A stretch of DNA of 64,000 nt from Octopus vulgaris (GCA_951406725.2 OX597819.1:21824001-21888000); one strand, 5' to 3'. Shown: positions 1-14,686, numbered from the stretch's first letter. Program-made: numbers and translations. Notes: a model not told the origin generated them from the letters alone.

Positions 1-323
1 AATAGCAAAAAAAGTATTAAAAAATGGGGAAAAAATGATGGTAATTTTTTTTTTAAATCGTTGACTCATCGTAGACATTTTTAGAGAGTTACTTCCCTTA
101 AATAATAGCGAAAAAATGCATTAAAATGGAAAAAAATGATGGTAATTTTTTTTTTTAATCGTAGACTCATCGTAGACGCGCGCTAATACCCAGAAGGGCT
201 CGATATGAAACACGACTATAAGATACCCGGTTTTGGTTAAACTGCACCGCAAAATGTGGGAGTAGTTAGGAATCTAAATCGTAGGAGACAGATAGCACAC
301 AACCTCACTTTTATATATAAAGA
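1..323 (-). mobile_element. Non-autonomous Helitron, 5' portion (runs off window edge)
   Basis: Highly similar to 23270-23485 (gtagactcatcg...gggctcgatatga...actgcaccgcaaaatgtggga...ggaatctaaatcg). The minus strand starts A|TC TTTATATATAAAA at 323. Confidence 0.75.
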
Positions 324-324
324 T

Positions 325-620
325 TATCTTATGGCCTCTTCTACCACCAGTTCTGTTGTACACTTGTTTCTCCTAATAGCATTAGCTTGATCTACGAGTC
401 TCTGCTCCCTTATTTGAAGCGTCCCCATTTTTAACCCAAAGTGCTAGAATACGTTTTTCTCTAATCTCTTAACATGGGGTCATTTTCGAACTAGAGCTAC
501 ATCCCTAATCTCTCTCCTCTTCGCTTACCCATTTCCGTTCGAAACGACTGACGGATGAAAGGCTTTATTTACGGCCTCATTTATTCTGCTATGAGAAGAT
601 TCCCTCTGTGTTAACTCCTG
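325..620 (-). pseudogene. N-terminal remnant of an R4/Dong-like LINE ORF
   Basis: Minus strand translates RKRILALWVKNG..EQRLVDQANAIRRNK..ELVVEEAIR, resembling the EQRLxDQxxxI motif near the N-terminus of R4-clade ORFs; contains stops. Confidence 0.5.
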
Positions 621-920
621 TCTTTCATAAACTGAGGTTAGACAATTTTCCTGTGCTTTATTTTGACATCCTCATTCTGCATCTGAGGTTCGTTTCCTCT
701 CTCCTGATCATTACTATTATCAGCCCCTGAATGTCTCCTCCTTATTGACGATCACACATTGTGGATTTCTTTCTTTCTTTTAAATCTGTTAGTCTTGTTT
801 ACACGTAAAACCCTCACTACAATACACACACACACACACACATTCTTTGTTTTGTCCTGAACTGTCCACAACGTTTTCTTAATGTCAAGCCTGATAGTTA
901 ATAAACAGATCATTATTTTC

Positions 921-933
921 ATCATTATTATTG

Positions 934-995
<62 letters not shown>
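921..995. repeat. (TTA)n microsatellite at the 3' junction of the R4/Dong-like element
   Basis: Direct reading. Confidence 0.95.
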
Positions 996-998
<3 letters not shown>

Positions 999-2075
999 TA
1001 GCTTTATTTTTATAGCGTGCTTTCACTTCACTACCAAGCGCAGCTCTGTGTGCCTTGGGTATGTGCTGTGATTTGTTGTGATGCTCTGCGTAGGATGTGT
1101 GCAGTGCCTAGTAGTGCAATTTTCTGTATGTTATATGTGTTTGTAAGTCCTGGTGTTTTTGTTATGTATTTGTCTGAATATTTTTTTATCATGCCTAATG
1201 CACCTACTATGATAGGAATTGTTTCTGTTTTCAGATTCCACATTCTAGTTACCTCTATTTCCAGGTCTTTGTATTTTGAGAGTTTCTCCATTTCTTTTAG
1301 AGAAACGTTGTCATCAGCCGGTATTGATACATCAATTAGAAAGCATTTTTTTCTTCATGATCTCTGACAACTATATCTGGTCTGTTGGACTTAATTTCTC
1401 TATCTGTGTGTATCGGCATATCCCAGAGTATGGTTGCTTTCTCGTTTTCTGTGACCTTTTTTGGTGTGTGCCTATACCATCTTTTTTCTGTTGTTATTCT
1501 ATAATGTTGGCATAGCTTCCAATGTATGTAGGTTCCAACTCTGTCATGTCTGTGAATATATTCCTTCTTAGCCAGGACTGGGCAGCTAGAGATAATATGA
1601 TTTATTGTTTCTTGTCCATCTCCACATATTCTGCAGTTACTTGTAATATTTCTTTTCATTACATGTTTTTGGTAATTTCTGGTGGGGAGGCTTTGGTCTT
1701 GTGCTGCAATTAAAAATCCCTCTGTCTCTGCTTTGAGTCCTGAGCTTCTCAACCATTGCTGGGATTTTTCTTTGTCTATTTCTTTTGCGTTTAGTTTAGT
1801 CCAGTATTTACCATGAAGGGGCTTTTCTTGCCATCGTTTTATTATGGCTCGTTGCTGTTCTATTTTTAGTTTGGATTTCATTTGTTTTATAGCTTTTGTT
1901 GTTTCTTCATCTTCTTCTTCTTCTTCATGTTTATTAGGTGGTATGATTTCTTGTTTGTATTTGTCAGCTTCCTTAAATACTGAGAACAGTTTTTTTTTGC
2001 TCGTGTTTTGCCGCTATCTGGATCAGTTTTCCTTCCTTCTGAAGTAGATATTTTTGCAGTCCTATGGTGGTTATT
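996..2075 (-). mobile_element. 5'-truncated R4/Dong-like RLE non-LTR retrotransposon (copy 1)
   Basis: ORFs 1336..1881 and 1031..1291: KPLHGKY, ETEGFLIAAQDQ, CCHC knuckle CRIC-x7-HIISSC, RHD, RPDIVV, KLSKYKDL, PIIVGALG. Flanked by (TTA)n on both sides; near-identical to 54880-56232. Confidence 0.9.
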
Positions 2076-2077
2076 TA

Positions 2078-2345
<268 letters not shown>

Positions 2346-3479
2346 CGACAAATATTAATTTGCAGATTTCTACTGCATCGTTTGCTGCACCTCCATGTTG
2401 CAGAGGTGAGTGCAGCATTATGTGCTTTTTGTTGTTGTTGGATGTGTACAAAATAAAAACGGTATTGCATTGTTTCCTTATGTTTTGTTATGGTGTTTGG
2501 CTTGAGTCTTTTGTTGTATAGGTGATTTTTATTGTGTTGTGCGTGTAATGCGAGCTGTGTACTTCTGTTGGGTATCCGACCTGTAGAGTACATGTTGTGG
2601 CGGTTGTTTGTCTGTTTCGGCTTTGTAAAAATTTGCTTTTCCTAAAAAAAAAAAACATATGCAAGTGTATTTTGTCTTTCATTGCACTCTTTATCAATCT
2701 TCCGCTATATCTCGTTTGTTTCCTTTGTTATTTCCTTTTTTTTGTTGTATTTTTTTGGTACAGTGTGGCATCGTAAAATACATATAAAACACTTCAATGT
2801 CATCGCTATCTGACCATCCATCTCCTTTGGCCTTGCTTTTTGTTTGGTCACTGACATTAAGAGATGGATCCATCTGTTCAGATTTCAATTTCTAACTAAA
2901 CACCGCCTCTCACGTGTGCTCAGACTTCTTTCTAATCACGATTGCTCGAGGCTCACAAAACGAAATTCACAGCTGTTTCTCTGTTCTTCATTGCTTTATT
3001 AACGAGCACAAACGATTATTTTTGACTGTTTGAAAAGAATCTTATTGAATTGTTTATTTAAATTCATTTCAATACACTGCATTCGATGTTTCTTTTGTTC
3101 ACCTGTTCATACGTGAGCTGTATAAACATTATATTTATTAATATGTAAGCGAGAAACAAATATGTGCAGATGTCTTATATTCGGCAGTGTTGTTATTATT
3201 TCTTATGTTTATTATAATTTATTTTTAGTCTGAATGTTTGTTGCAATCACTTACCGAGACACCCAGCATCGTAGGTTTCGTGAAGAATAAGTGATGCTAC
3301 AGTATTACCGAAACCACGGAGAGGGGGTGTGGCAGGGGCAGCAGTGAAATATCTTTAATAGAACACAGACACTAAATTGATAGAGTTTTCCTAAGGATGT
3401 GGGCAGTATATGTCAGCACAATCTTTTTCACCGGTATTGTTGGAGCTCTTGGAGTCTTACAGGCGTAGCGGGCTTACTA

Positions 3480-5510
3480 CATGCAGCCTACGGTACAATG
3501 CTATTCGTTCTTTTCAGCTCTCTAATACTTTCCTAATTATTCCGGCCGTGCCAAGGAGGCAAACCTTTTGTAATAGTTCTACTGGGCACTCTATTCCAAT
3601 TTCCGTTATATTCCCCTTGATGCCTCCTGATACTGTACCTGAAGACACAGCAACAATTGCCACTATCTTCACCTTCTTCATTTTCTATAGCCGGGATATT
3701 TAGCACTTAAGAAAGTTTTATCTGTCTATCTTTCTGCATTCCTTATTGACTATTCGTGGGTCAAAGGGGAATGCAACTCAACCATATAGCATAAGGGATA
3801 TTGAACCCAATGCCCTGATGACAAAGGAATAACCTTTAAGTTTTACTCTCATAGCTGCCACATCTTGGCGATATCAATTCCCAGGTCACCAGATTTATCA
3901 ACCTGTTATCTTTATTTTATGATAATGTTGACTTCTTGATTACTGCCACGCCGATTGTTAGGCATTCTTTTTTAGTCCCTCCTAAATAATACTATATCCG
4001 ATCTTCGTTGCTTTAACAGCATTTCTGACTGGGAGTCAAACTCCCAGAGGATCTTTACTTTTCCCTTTTTCGCCCATTACGTTTTCCGGTGTATTTTGGT
4101 ACCAAGCACCCTTTATTTCATACCCATACTTCCGGCATAATAGCCAATGAAGGTTATGGGTTACCTTGTCATGGTTGCGCTTGTAATATTTCTGCGCAAG
4201 ACTTTCACAGGTACTAACAATATGAGTCACGCTTTCCACCTTCTTTCAATACATTCTGCAGAGGTTCGTTGCACTTGTGTGGTATATATTCCTTTTCACC
4301 GAGTTGGTATTCAATGCCTGGTCTTGAGCAGCGTTCATTATGTTTTCAGTCTTCTTTTTAAGGTTACACTTGCTGAGCCACCTCCATGAGGCTTTCAGAT
4401 CTTTTAAGGTTTTAGTTTCACGGTTGAACTGACCATGTAATTCCATGCGGAGTGGACTTTCTTCTCTCTCGTTAGCTATTCGTGACGGAAATTCCTTAGA
4501 ACTTTCGACTTAAATGTTGGCAAATCCTTCTGCATTAGCAGCATGCTATGACAGGTCCTCTTACGTCCTGTTTGCTGTTTAGCAGATATTCTGTTATATT
4601 TCTTCTTTCACTATCGCTGCACACCTCGACGCTAATCAGGCCACGTACACCTTTAAACCTCTTCATGTATAATTTGTGAACGTTCGCCTTGGTCAACCTC
4701 CTCTCGTGTCCATTTCTGAATGGGTGTACAGTAGCCGACTACAACAATAGCCCATATATTAATGGCGGTCACAAGGTTCCATGCGTTGAGTTTTGACTTC
4801 AAGAGAAAATTTGAGCCGTTTCAAATATGCAGTGGTGACCATGCCTTTCATTTATCGGTGCAAGATATTGTCCAGCTTCAGGACCCCAAAGTACTTGTAA
4901 ACATCATCATCTTAGTCTCCCATTTGCTTCCCGTTTGGCACTTCTATACTCCTACAATATGCTCTGTTCCTCCACTTGAAAGTGAGCACCGCACGCTTTA
5001 AGATCTGTACAGTCTCAAGCGGCCTCTCCGCTTCAGGATTCGTTTTTGCGAAGAGCTTTAAATAATCCATGAAGTGGAAGTGGTTTAGACAAGGTCCATT
5101 CTTCTTCGGTTCCAATTGCGTGTTGACTTTCCGTGGATCAACAGAGAATGAGATCAAGGCTATAAGAAATTACAAATGTGAACAAGAATCTCCCTGGAAG
5201 ATGGCACTTTTTAATGTTACCTCGACTAAGTGATAGTTGATACCGAAAAGACGTGTTTTTCAACTAGTTGTACTGTTCTTAATCAGTGCATACTCCTTCT
5301 CAGCTACTCCCCCTATGTTGAGTCTTTCCAGAATCTATACACAAGATTTTTGGTACCGTTTGCAGTTCCTTACAGCCTTGTCTATCACAAGGTGGTCCTT
5401 GGTGGCCTAGGCTCTTTTTTGGCATTCTTTTTGTTCTACTGAGAGCAGATTGATTTCCGCAAGGAACGTATATATTTTCCCTGCCAGGATGCCTATTATC
5501 ACTTTCCATA
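3480..5510 (-). mobile_element. Degenerate R4-like RLE LINE (second family), RT to RLE region
   Basis: Fragments: IFQGDS-like, HFHFMDYLKLFAK (HLLFMDDLKL), MELHGQF..SWRWL, AAQDQAL, CRMY..ESVTHIVSTC..RNHDKV..LHWLLC; many frameshifts and stops. Confidence 0.8.
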
Positions 5511-5564
5511 AGAGGTTAAAACTAAAATAGGTTAACTGTGTGTATATATCAATTCTATTTATTT

Positions 5565-5652
5565 GTGCAGCTGATGATAGCCCTGCATTTAAACTGATGA
5601 AATGAATGCATTGTTCGATTAAATGCAGTTCAATGAAACGGTCGTACTGCAT
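5565..5652 (+). ncRNA. Type I hammerhead ribozyme motif (intact core)
   Basis: Stem I UGCAG/CUGCA; CUGAUGA 5571-5577; stem II CUGCAUUUAA/UUAAAUGCAG; GAA; stem III ACG-GU-CGU; GUA site at 5646. Homologous to 48938-49026. Confidence 0.75.
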
Positions 5653-5659
5653 CACTTTA

Positions 5660-5673
5660 CTTATTTTCATTTT

Positions 5674-5720
<47 letters not shown>

Positions 5721-5754
5721 CATAAATACATATATATGTATATATATATATATC

Positions 5755-5786
<32 letters not shown>

Positions 5787-6612
5787 CATACATATATATA
5801 CATACACATATGTATATATACATACATATATATACATACACATATGTATATATACATACATACAGTTATATATATATATATATATATATACATACATATG
5901 GGGGTGGGTATCATTGTGTGTATGTTTGTCGACCACCACCACCTAACAATAGGTGGTGTTGTATCCCCATAATTTAGAATAATATTACTGTGGTTGATTC
6001 ATGTGACAAAAATTGTCCAACGTGGTGCCCCAGCATGGCCACAGTCTAATGAGAGAAACAAAAAAAAAATATATATATATATATATATGTATAAATATAT
6101 ATACAGGTAAATCAAGAGAAGAAAATAGGGAAATTAACAGCAGGCAATTAGACATACACAGTGAAAATATTAGATTAAAAATCCTGTGAAATTTTATCGA
6201 AAAGTTGGAGTAGAAATGAGCAGAGAGAGAGTCTAGAGAGACTCAGAAACGCGCATGCGTGCCCAGATATATATTTCTCAATTTCTTTGTTTTGTATAAA
6301 ATATTTGTCCTCGCTGTCTCTCTCTTTCTTTGCCACTCTTCCGTACTCTCTCACTTTATCTCCGTATCAATCTCAGTCTTTTGATTAATACATAGGAAAT
6401 CTAAAATATCTTAGCATATCAATCAAAATACCAATTCTGGAGATCGATGCTTAGCGCAGCCTTTCATCTACTTAACTCTAACTTATGTCAAATCTTAACA
6501 ATACGCTTACATTCTATTGTCCGTCGTTACTACGTTCATGCTTCGTCCATATATACTTTCTCATTTTCTTTCTCTTCCTCTCTCTCTCTCTCACTCTTTG
6601 TGTCTTTCGTTA

Positions 6613-6700
<88 letters not shown>

Positions 6701-6702
6701 TG

Positions 6703-6735
<33 letters not shown>

Positions 6736-6736
6736 G

Positions 6737-6801
<65 letters not shown>

Positions 6802-6975
6802 TTATATATATATATATGCATGTATGTATGTGTGTATGTTTGTCGACCACCACCACCTAACAATAGGTGGTGTTGTATCCCCATAATTTAGAATAATATT
6901 ACTGTGGTTGATTCATGTGACAAAAATTGTCCAACGTGGTGCCCCAGCATGGCCACAGTCTAATGAGAGAAACAT
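5660..6975. repeat. Direct duplication of a (TA)n + SINE-D 3' tail block (5915-6060 vs 6830-6975)
   Basis: Identical gtcgaccaccaccacctaacaatagg...ccagcatggccacagtctaatgagagaaaca in both copies. Confidence 0.9.
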
Positions 6976-7019
6976 TCATTCTCATATATATATATATTAT
7001 CATTTTTATATTTAGGTTA

Positions 7020-8613
<1,594 letters not shown>

Positions 8614-9353
8614 ACTCCAGGAATCGTTACCATATTCCGTATAATGCATTACTTCCAGACTGATACTCTGCAGAATTTACTTCCATTGACAGACATATCA
8701 GTATATTAGACAATATCAAAGATCAGTGGTCGAAGAAGGAGAGGACGAGTGAGAGAAAAAAGATCAATTACATGAAAGGAACTTAACTATCAGAATACAT
8801 GAAACAACAAATAAACAGTTGAAAGAGAAAGTATATAAATAAATAGAAAACAGAGAGAGGAATAAGGAAAAACGAGCGATTTTGTAATGTGGTGCTCCAG
8901 CGTGGCTACAGCGGCATTGATTCAACACTATTAGAAATGCGAATGGTTTTACCATATACATAAATTTGACCGTGTGCATAAATTCATATTGATATATGAG
9001 AGCATCATATATGCGGGTATGAATATTGTATGTGTGTATGTTTATGTCTATATACTCACACACACATACATATAAATGTGTGGGGAGCGTGTGTGTGCGC
9101 GCGCACATGTGTGTACCCATTCATGCATATATAATTCTGAAGACTTTGAAACAGTCTTACCGAATTTCATATCTTATAAATGGAAAACCCTTTTTTTAAC
9201 TATACATGTGCTTGTGTTTGTGTTTGTATGTTTATAGGTATGTATATGTGTGTATTTATTCCCTTTTAAGAACTGAGAGGGCATCATTTTTAGGTAAACT
9301 ACACGATAGCCGAAAGTATACTGTGCATATACATATATTTATATATGGCCAGT

Positions 9354-9620
<267 letters not shown>

Positions 9621-9641
9621 CATGTATGTGTATGCATACAC

Positions 9642-10360
9642 AGATGTCCTTGCGTCTGTAGGCATCACCTCAATTAAAGCAATGATTCTGAAAAACCAAA
9701 TGAGATTGTGCGGCCATATTATTTGAATGGCGGATGAACGTATATCCAAACAATTGTTTTATGGTGAGCTTCCAGAGGGGAGACGTTATCTGTGTAAAGT
9801 TTTAGGGACCGCATAAGGACCACCATGAAGTCTCCTGGAATGATTCCAGAAGATATAGAAACCCTTGCTTCGGATCGAGTTGGATGGAGAACAAAAATGT
9901 GGAGTGGAGTGAAAGCGTTTGAAGAGGCCAGGATAACGCATGCAAGACTCAAGAGATATTTAAGGAAGAATGTTACGATCAAAAGGTGAATCACAATGAC
10001 TTTTTGTGTGCACAGCTTGTGACGGATCATGCATTTATTTTGCAGGGTTCAAATCTCATTTGCGGACCCATGAAATACGAACCTCCACCAAATATTCTGC
10101 CTATATATCTGTACACACCTTTGAATGCAGTGTATGCCAGAAGATTTGCAAATCCAACAGAGACCTCAAAAGATATTTTAAGATCCACAAAGATCAGAAC
10201 TTAATTGCAGCTCTTGGTGGTCCAAATCGGATGCGTAATCTATGTGGGTGTCTTTTCAGAACATTTTCTGGTTTAAAAAGCTACATCAGACGCCATGATG
10301 GTTCTAAGGTGTAAGTACAGGAGGTGGTCAAACTCTGCATAAGGAACAGACAACCACCAT
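9642..10360 (+). mobile_element. 3' end of an RTE-like LINE with C-terminal C2H2 zinc fingers (degenerate)
   Basis: [34 protein letters not shown]; ETLASDRVGWR; then FAGFKSHLRTH, CSVCQKICKSNRDLKRYFKIH and CGCLFRTFSGLKSYIRRH; short 3' UTR ending in (TA). Confidence 0.8.
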
Positions 10361-10476
10361 ATATATGTATGCAATTAAATGTGCGCAGAAGACGGGTACA
10401 AACTCTAATAGTTTCATGCATTGAGATGTAGTCCAGGCAAGGTTTAATAGCATGCCTTATATCTCTAAGCCATCTA

Positions 10477-10890
10477 CGAGGAGGTATAGAAAAGTAAACG
10501 GAACCCTTCTATGTGGAACAAGCCCGTTGTAGACACTTGATGCGATCCTCAAGCATCGATCTGCTGACCGGCGTTATTCAGTTGGGTATACTGCCACCTG
10601 GTGTGTCTTTGTTTTACACTGCTTCTTCCCTCGACTTTTGCGATGGCTGTAACATAAGAATATGCTTCCGTGAAATTCTGTTTTCTACTGGGGAAAACAG
10701 TGGCCGAAATGGTTTTCATGCTTCAAACGGTTTACAAGGACGCTACCAAGAGCAAAACTCAAGTTTACGAATGGTTTTCACGCTTTAGGAATGTTCTCTT
10801 GTCACTTGAAGACCAACCTCGTTGAGGACAACCATCAACCTCTTAAAAAAATGAAAACATCACAAATATTCGTGAACTGATCTTAGAGCA
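10477..10890 (+). mobile_element. mariner-family 5' half (degenerate)
   Basis: TA|cgaggaggtatagaaaagtaaacggaa TIR, and leader and N-terminus (gcgatggctg...cttccgtgaaattctgt..gggaaaac.gtggccgaaa) homologous to 46003-46420. Confidence 0.8.
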
Positions 10891-10995
10891 TCATCTTAGA
10901 GTGGGAGTGGTGGTGCCTAAACAGAACAATTACTTTTGCTTCAAAAAATGAACGCAAAACGAAAAATTACTAACATTATCAATGTGTGTGGTGGA

Positions 10996-11289
10996 AACAC
11001 TCCGTCGGTTACGACGACGAGGGTTCCGGTTGATCCGAATCAACGGAACAGCCTGCTCGTGAAATTAAAGTGTAAGTGGCTGAGCACTCCACAGACACGT
11101 GCACCCTTAACGTAGTTCTCGGGGATATTCAGCGCGTCACAGAGAGTGACAAGGCCGGCCCTTTGAAATACAGGTACAACAGAAACAGGAAGTAAGAGTG
11201 AGAGAAAGTTGTGGTGAAAGAGTACAGCAGGGATCACCACCATCCCCTGTCGGAGCCTCGTGGAGCTTTAGGTGTTTTCGCTCAATAAG
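10996..11289 (-). mobile_element. SINE family A, head-less copy
   Basis: Matches the body and tail of 60044-60423. Confidence 0.9.
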
Positions 11290-11654
11290 CAATTATCAAT
11301 GTAAAACTATAAGAAAATAGCAACAATAATAACGAAATCAAGAACAAAAACAATATCTTCGATGACGTTAGGGATAGCAACCACAGAAGTAGTTGCAACA
11401 AAGTTATCTGTTAGGGCGACGAAGGCGTTAGGGCGACGAAGGCAACAAGACAAACGACAACTCTTGTGACGTCAGCAATAACAACAACAACAACAACATC
11501 TACAAACGCATATCTTTGTTAGACTTGCAAGTAAAACCAGGAATACATGTTTGGTAGACGAGTCAGTCTGAAGAGGAGATAGATGGTGGTATGTATGTAA
11601 CTGGGGAGGAGAAAGGTCTTGTTGATGGTGGCGGTCGTGTTGCTGCTGTTGTTA

Positions 11655-11655
11655 A

Positions 11656-11690
<35 letters not shown>

Positions 11691-11810
11691 CGGTGGTGGT
11701 AGTGGTGTTGTTGATTGTGGTGGTCGTGTTGCTGCTGCTGTTAAGATGATGATGATGATGATGATGATGACGATGACGATGACGATGATGATGATGATGA
11801 CGATGACGAC

Positions 11811-11851
<41 letters not shown>

Positions 11852-11910
11852 CGATGATGATGATGATGACGATGATGATGACGGTGGGGGTGGTGGTGGT
11901 GGTGGGGGGG
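11655..11910. repeat. (GAT/GAC)n and (GGT)n arrays with a duplicated ggtcgtgttgctgctg.tgttaagatg unit
   Basis: Direct reading. Confidence 0.9.
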
Positions 11911-12188
11911 GTTTGAGATGATTATGATGATCGTAGTGATGATTGTTGATGGTGGTAGCTGCCATGAAAGAGAACTCTACCATTGGCATTTTGGTGTTAG
12001 ATGCCTTCTTGTTTATATCCCATGCGGCGAGATATGTCATCGCTCGCTCCAACGCCGAGACCACCACTTCACGGGATTCTGACCTTTTTTTGGTTTTGTC
12101 AATGTTTGGACACTCGACCGTTCCAGACAACAGTGATTCATCTCTCCTCCGCCACCCATATATTATAAACTGACACTGCCAGAATGGC

Positions 12189-12236
<48 letters not shown>

Positions 12237-12387
12237 GCTACACACAATAGATATTCCTAATCTCTGTTCTTCTTTATCACATATTTATATTGTGCATCCA
12301 TCTTTGAATTGCTTTGGAACACTTGCTTCTCCCGTCTTTTTCTTTAAACAAAAGCAGAACAAAAGTTGGCCTTAAAAAAATTTGCCT

Positions 12388-12393
12388 TCTTTC

Positions 12394-12427
<34 letters not shown>

Positions 12428-12454
12428 TTCCTTTCTTTCTTTCTTTCTTTCTTC

Positions 12455-12537
<83 letters not shown>

Positions 12538-12645
12538 TTTCTTTCTTTCTTTCTTTCTTTCTTCCTCCCTTTCTTTCTTTCTTTCTTTCTTTCTTTGTTT
12601 CCTTCTTACTTACTTCCTCTCTCTCTCTCTATATATATATATATA
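12388..12645. repeat. (TTTC)n / (CT)n / (TA)n compound microsatellite
   Basis: Direct reading. Confidence 0.95.
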
Positions 12646-12977
12646 TCTCCTTTTCTCTCTCTCTCTCCATATACTCTGATACTCCTAATGTTATTTACCT
12701 TAATGCCTCTCTCCCTCCCCTCAATCTCTCTTTCTCTCTCTTATGCTAGATCTGCACGTTGGTGTGTTCAACAGACACAAATCCAGCCTCGTCCAACGCT
12801 GTTGGACTTTTGGATTTTGCTCAAAGGATATTGGAATATTTCACATATATACCATTATGCCTATAAAACGGATTTACGAATACAATATCCATGCATATCT
12901 TGCATCTATCTTCTGTCCTCCACGTCACTCTCTGTTTGTATCACATTTGTAACTATGATTTAATTTTTCTTCTCACC

Positions 12978-13029
12978 GTCTCCGATGAAGGGATATTATC
13001 AATTAATATCTTAGAAACAGCTGTAAGAC
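12978..13029 (+). ncRNA. Minimal type I hammerhead motif, U4C core variant
   Basis: Stem I GUCU/AGAC; CCGAUGA; stem II GGGAUAUUA/UAAUAUCUU; GAA; palindromic stem III ACAGCUGU; GUA site at 13025. Confidence 0.6.
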
Positions 13030-13102
13030 CTTCTATCTATACATCTATCTATAATATCTATACAGCCTTCTTTTTTTTATCTCATTACATAAAAAAATCT
13101 TG

Positions 13103-13179
<77 letters not shown>

Positions 13180-13254
13180 TGAGTGAGTGAGTGAGAGAGA
13201 GAGGACAGAGTGAGAGAGAGAGACAAAGAGAGAGATGATAAGTTACTACTCAGT

Positions 13255-13400
13255 TCTTGTCCAGCCAAACTTACTCACAAGGCGATTTAGGTTCGCGACT
13301 ATTGTAGACGCACACCTCAGGTGCCACGCATTGGGACCGAACTCTAAACTATGTGGGGACAAATTGAACTTCTAACCACACAATTATAACTGCGCCTAGG
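13255..13400 (-). mobile_element. SINE family D, degenerate 5' head fragment
   Basis: actcacaaggc...gtgccacgcattgggaccgaac matches the reverse complement of the SINE-D head (43036-43170). Confidence 0.65.
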
Positions 13401-13799
13401 GATACAATGTGAATAAAATAAACCCACATTGACTCTTGATGAACCCATATTGAATCGTAATGAATTCATGTTGAATTCTAATTTCTGAACAGATGCCAGC
13501 GTTAAACTACAAATATCTCTGTGAACATTAAAACAGAACATATCGACTAGTTTCTCCTAGATATTGCCTTCTGGTTTATAGTGCTAACTTTGCTGGTCAG
13601 TAATAGAAAGAGTATATGTTAAATAAACACATGTATAATGTATGTTGTGTATGTATTTATATATGTGTATGTATGTGTGTGGGTCTGTGTATCTATAAAT
13701 ATATATGTATATACATACATACATACACACATGCATATATTTGTATACAGACACATTTACGGATTTATGCATATATCATTGAGAGAGGATACTTCAACC

Positions 13800-14215
13800 A
13801 TACTCCAGACCCAATACACCAAAAATTCCGGATGAACTCACAAAACACATAGACCCCAAAATAATAAACTTATCTAAAAGAGAACTTGACGAAAATGAAA
13901 TGAAATGAAATGAACCTACTACTAAAAGGCCTCAAATTTACACCTACACCCACTCCAAACCTCATAGAACTAAAAACTGATATAGATAACTTCAGCCGCC
14001 ACCTCCGCCTCATGGAATTCTTTGAAAATAAAGAAACAGAAGATAACTCAATCATAAGAAAAAAATCCCATTTCACCCCTTACAAGGGAAGTGACAAACA
14101 CCTTGACGCATACATAGAGACAATATCCAAATTCACTCTCTACACACACAAATGCAAGCAGAGTCTCCGCAGAGGAGAAAAACAAGTATTTTATTATGAT
14201 CTAAGTGATATGATA
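13800..14215 (+). pseudogene. Penelope-like element fragment, region N-terminal to RT
   Basis: INLSKREL..E.NLLLKGLKFTPTP..ELKTDIDNFSRHLRLMEFF matches the LxKGLxFxPTP...FxRxLRLxEFF motif typical of PLE ORFs. Confidence 0.75.
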
Positions 14216-14217
14216 TA

Positions 14218-14612
14218 TCTCTTATTAAGAAGGCAGATTTTATCTGCCTCCCTTTGTCTCTTATAGAAATCTACAATATAGGATTTTTTCAATTACAATT
14301 TACCTAGCATTTTTAAGAGTAGAATGCATCGGGTCGTGCACAGCACACGCACACACACAGTGTGCAACGAATAAAGTGAAAGTAATTCACTTTTTGTAGT
14401 GACTGACTCTTTCACTCTGCATTCCCACTTCCTCTTTACACACATAGACACACAAATATATAAATAAAATTGTAAGCTAACGTGTGTGTGTGTGTGTGTG
14501 CGTGTGTGTGAGTGTGTGACAGGAAAGTTTTTTAGGACGAATAAATTCAGTGCAATCATTAACAGTACTTTCAAGCAATTCAGCCCCGAGCAACGCCGGG
14601 CAATTCTGCTAG
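14218..14612 (+). mobile_element. Non-autonomous Helitron
   Basis: 3' hairpin cccgagcaacgccggg (14585-14600) followed by CTAG|T at 14609-14613; same hairpin as 22992-23007. Putative A|TC start at 14218 (5' end uncertain). Confidence 0.7.
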
Positions 14613-14686
14613 TATATATATAAAATGTAATATATAAATAAATATCTGTAAATATAAACCATCCGATCTTCTGATTACCTCATTTC

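Noticed and set aside
2694-2895. Possible minus-strand host exon (KSEQMDPSLNVSDQ...)
   Set aside because: Weak splice signals and no recognisable homology.
9130-9160. CUGAAGA..GAAA near 9137
   Set aside because: No room for stem II, and an alternative hairpin explains the pattern.
10006-10314. Host C2H2 zinc-finger gene
   Set aside because: Contiguous with RTE RT C-terminal motifs, frameshifted, and followed by a LINE-type tail.
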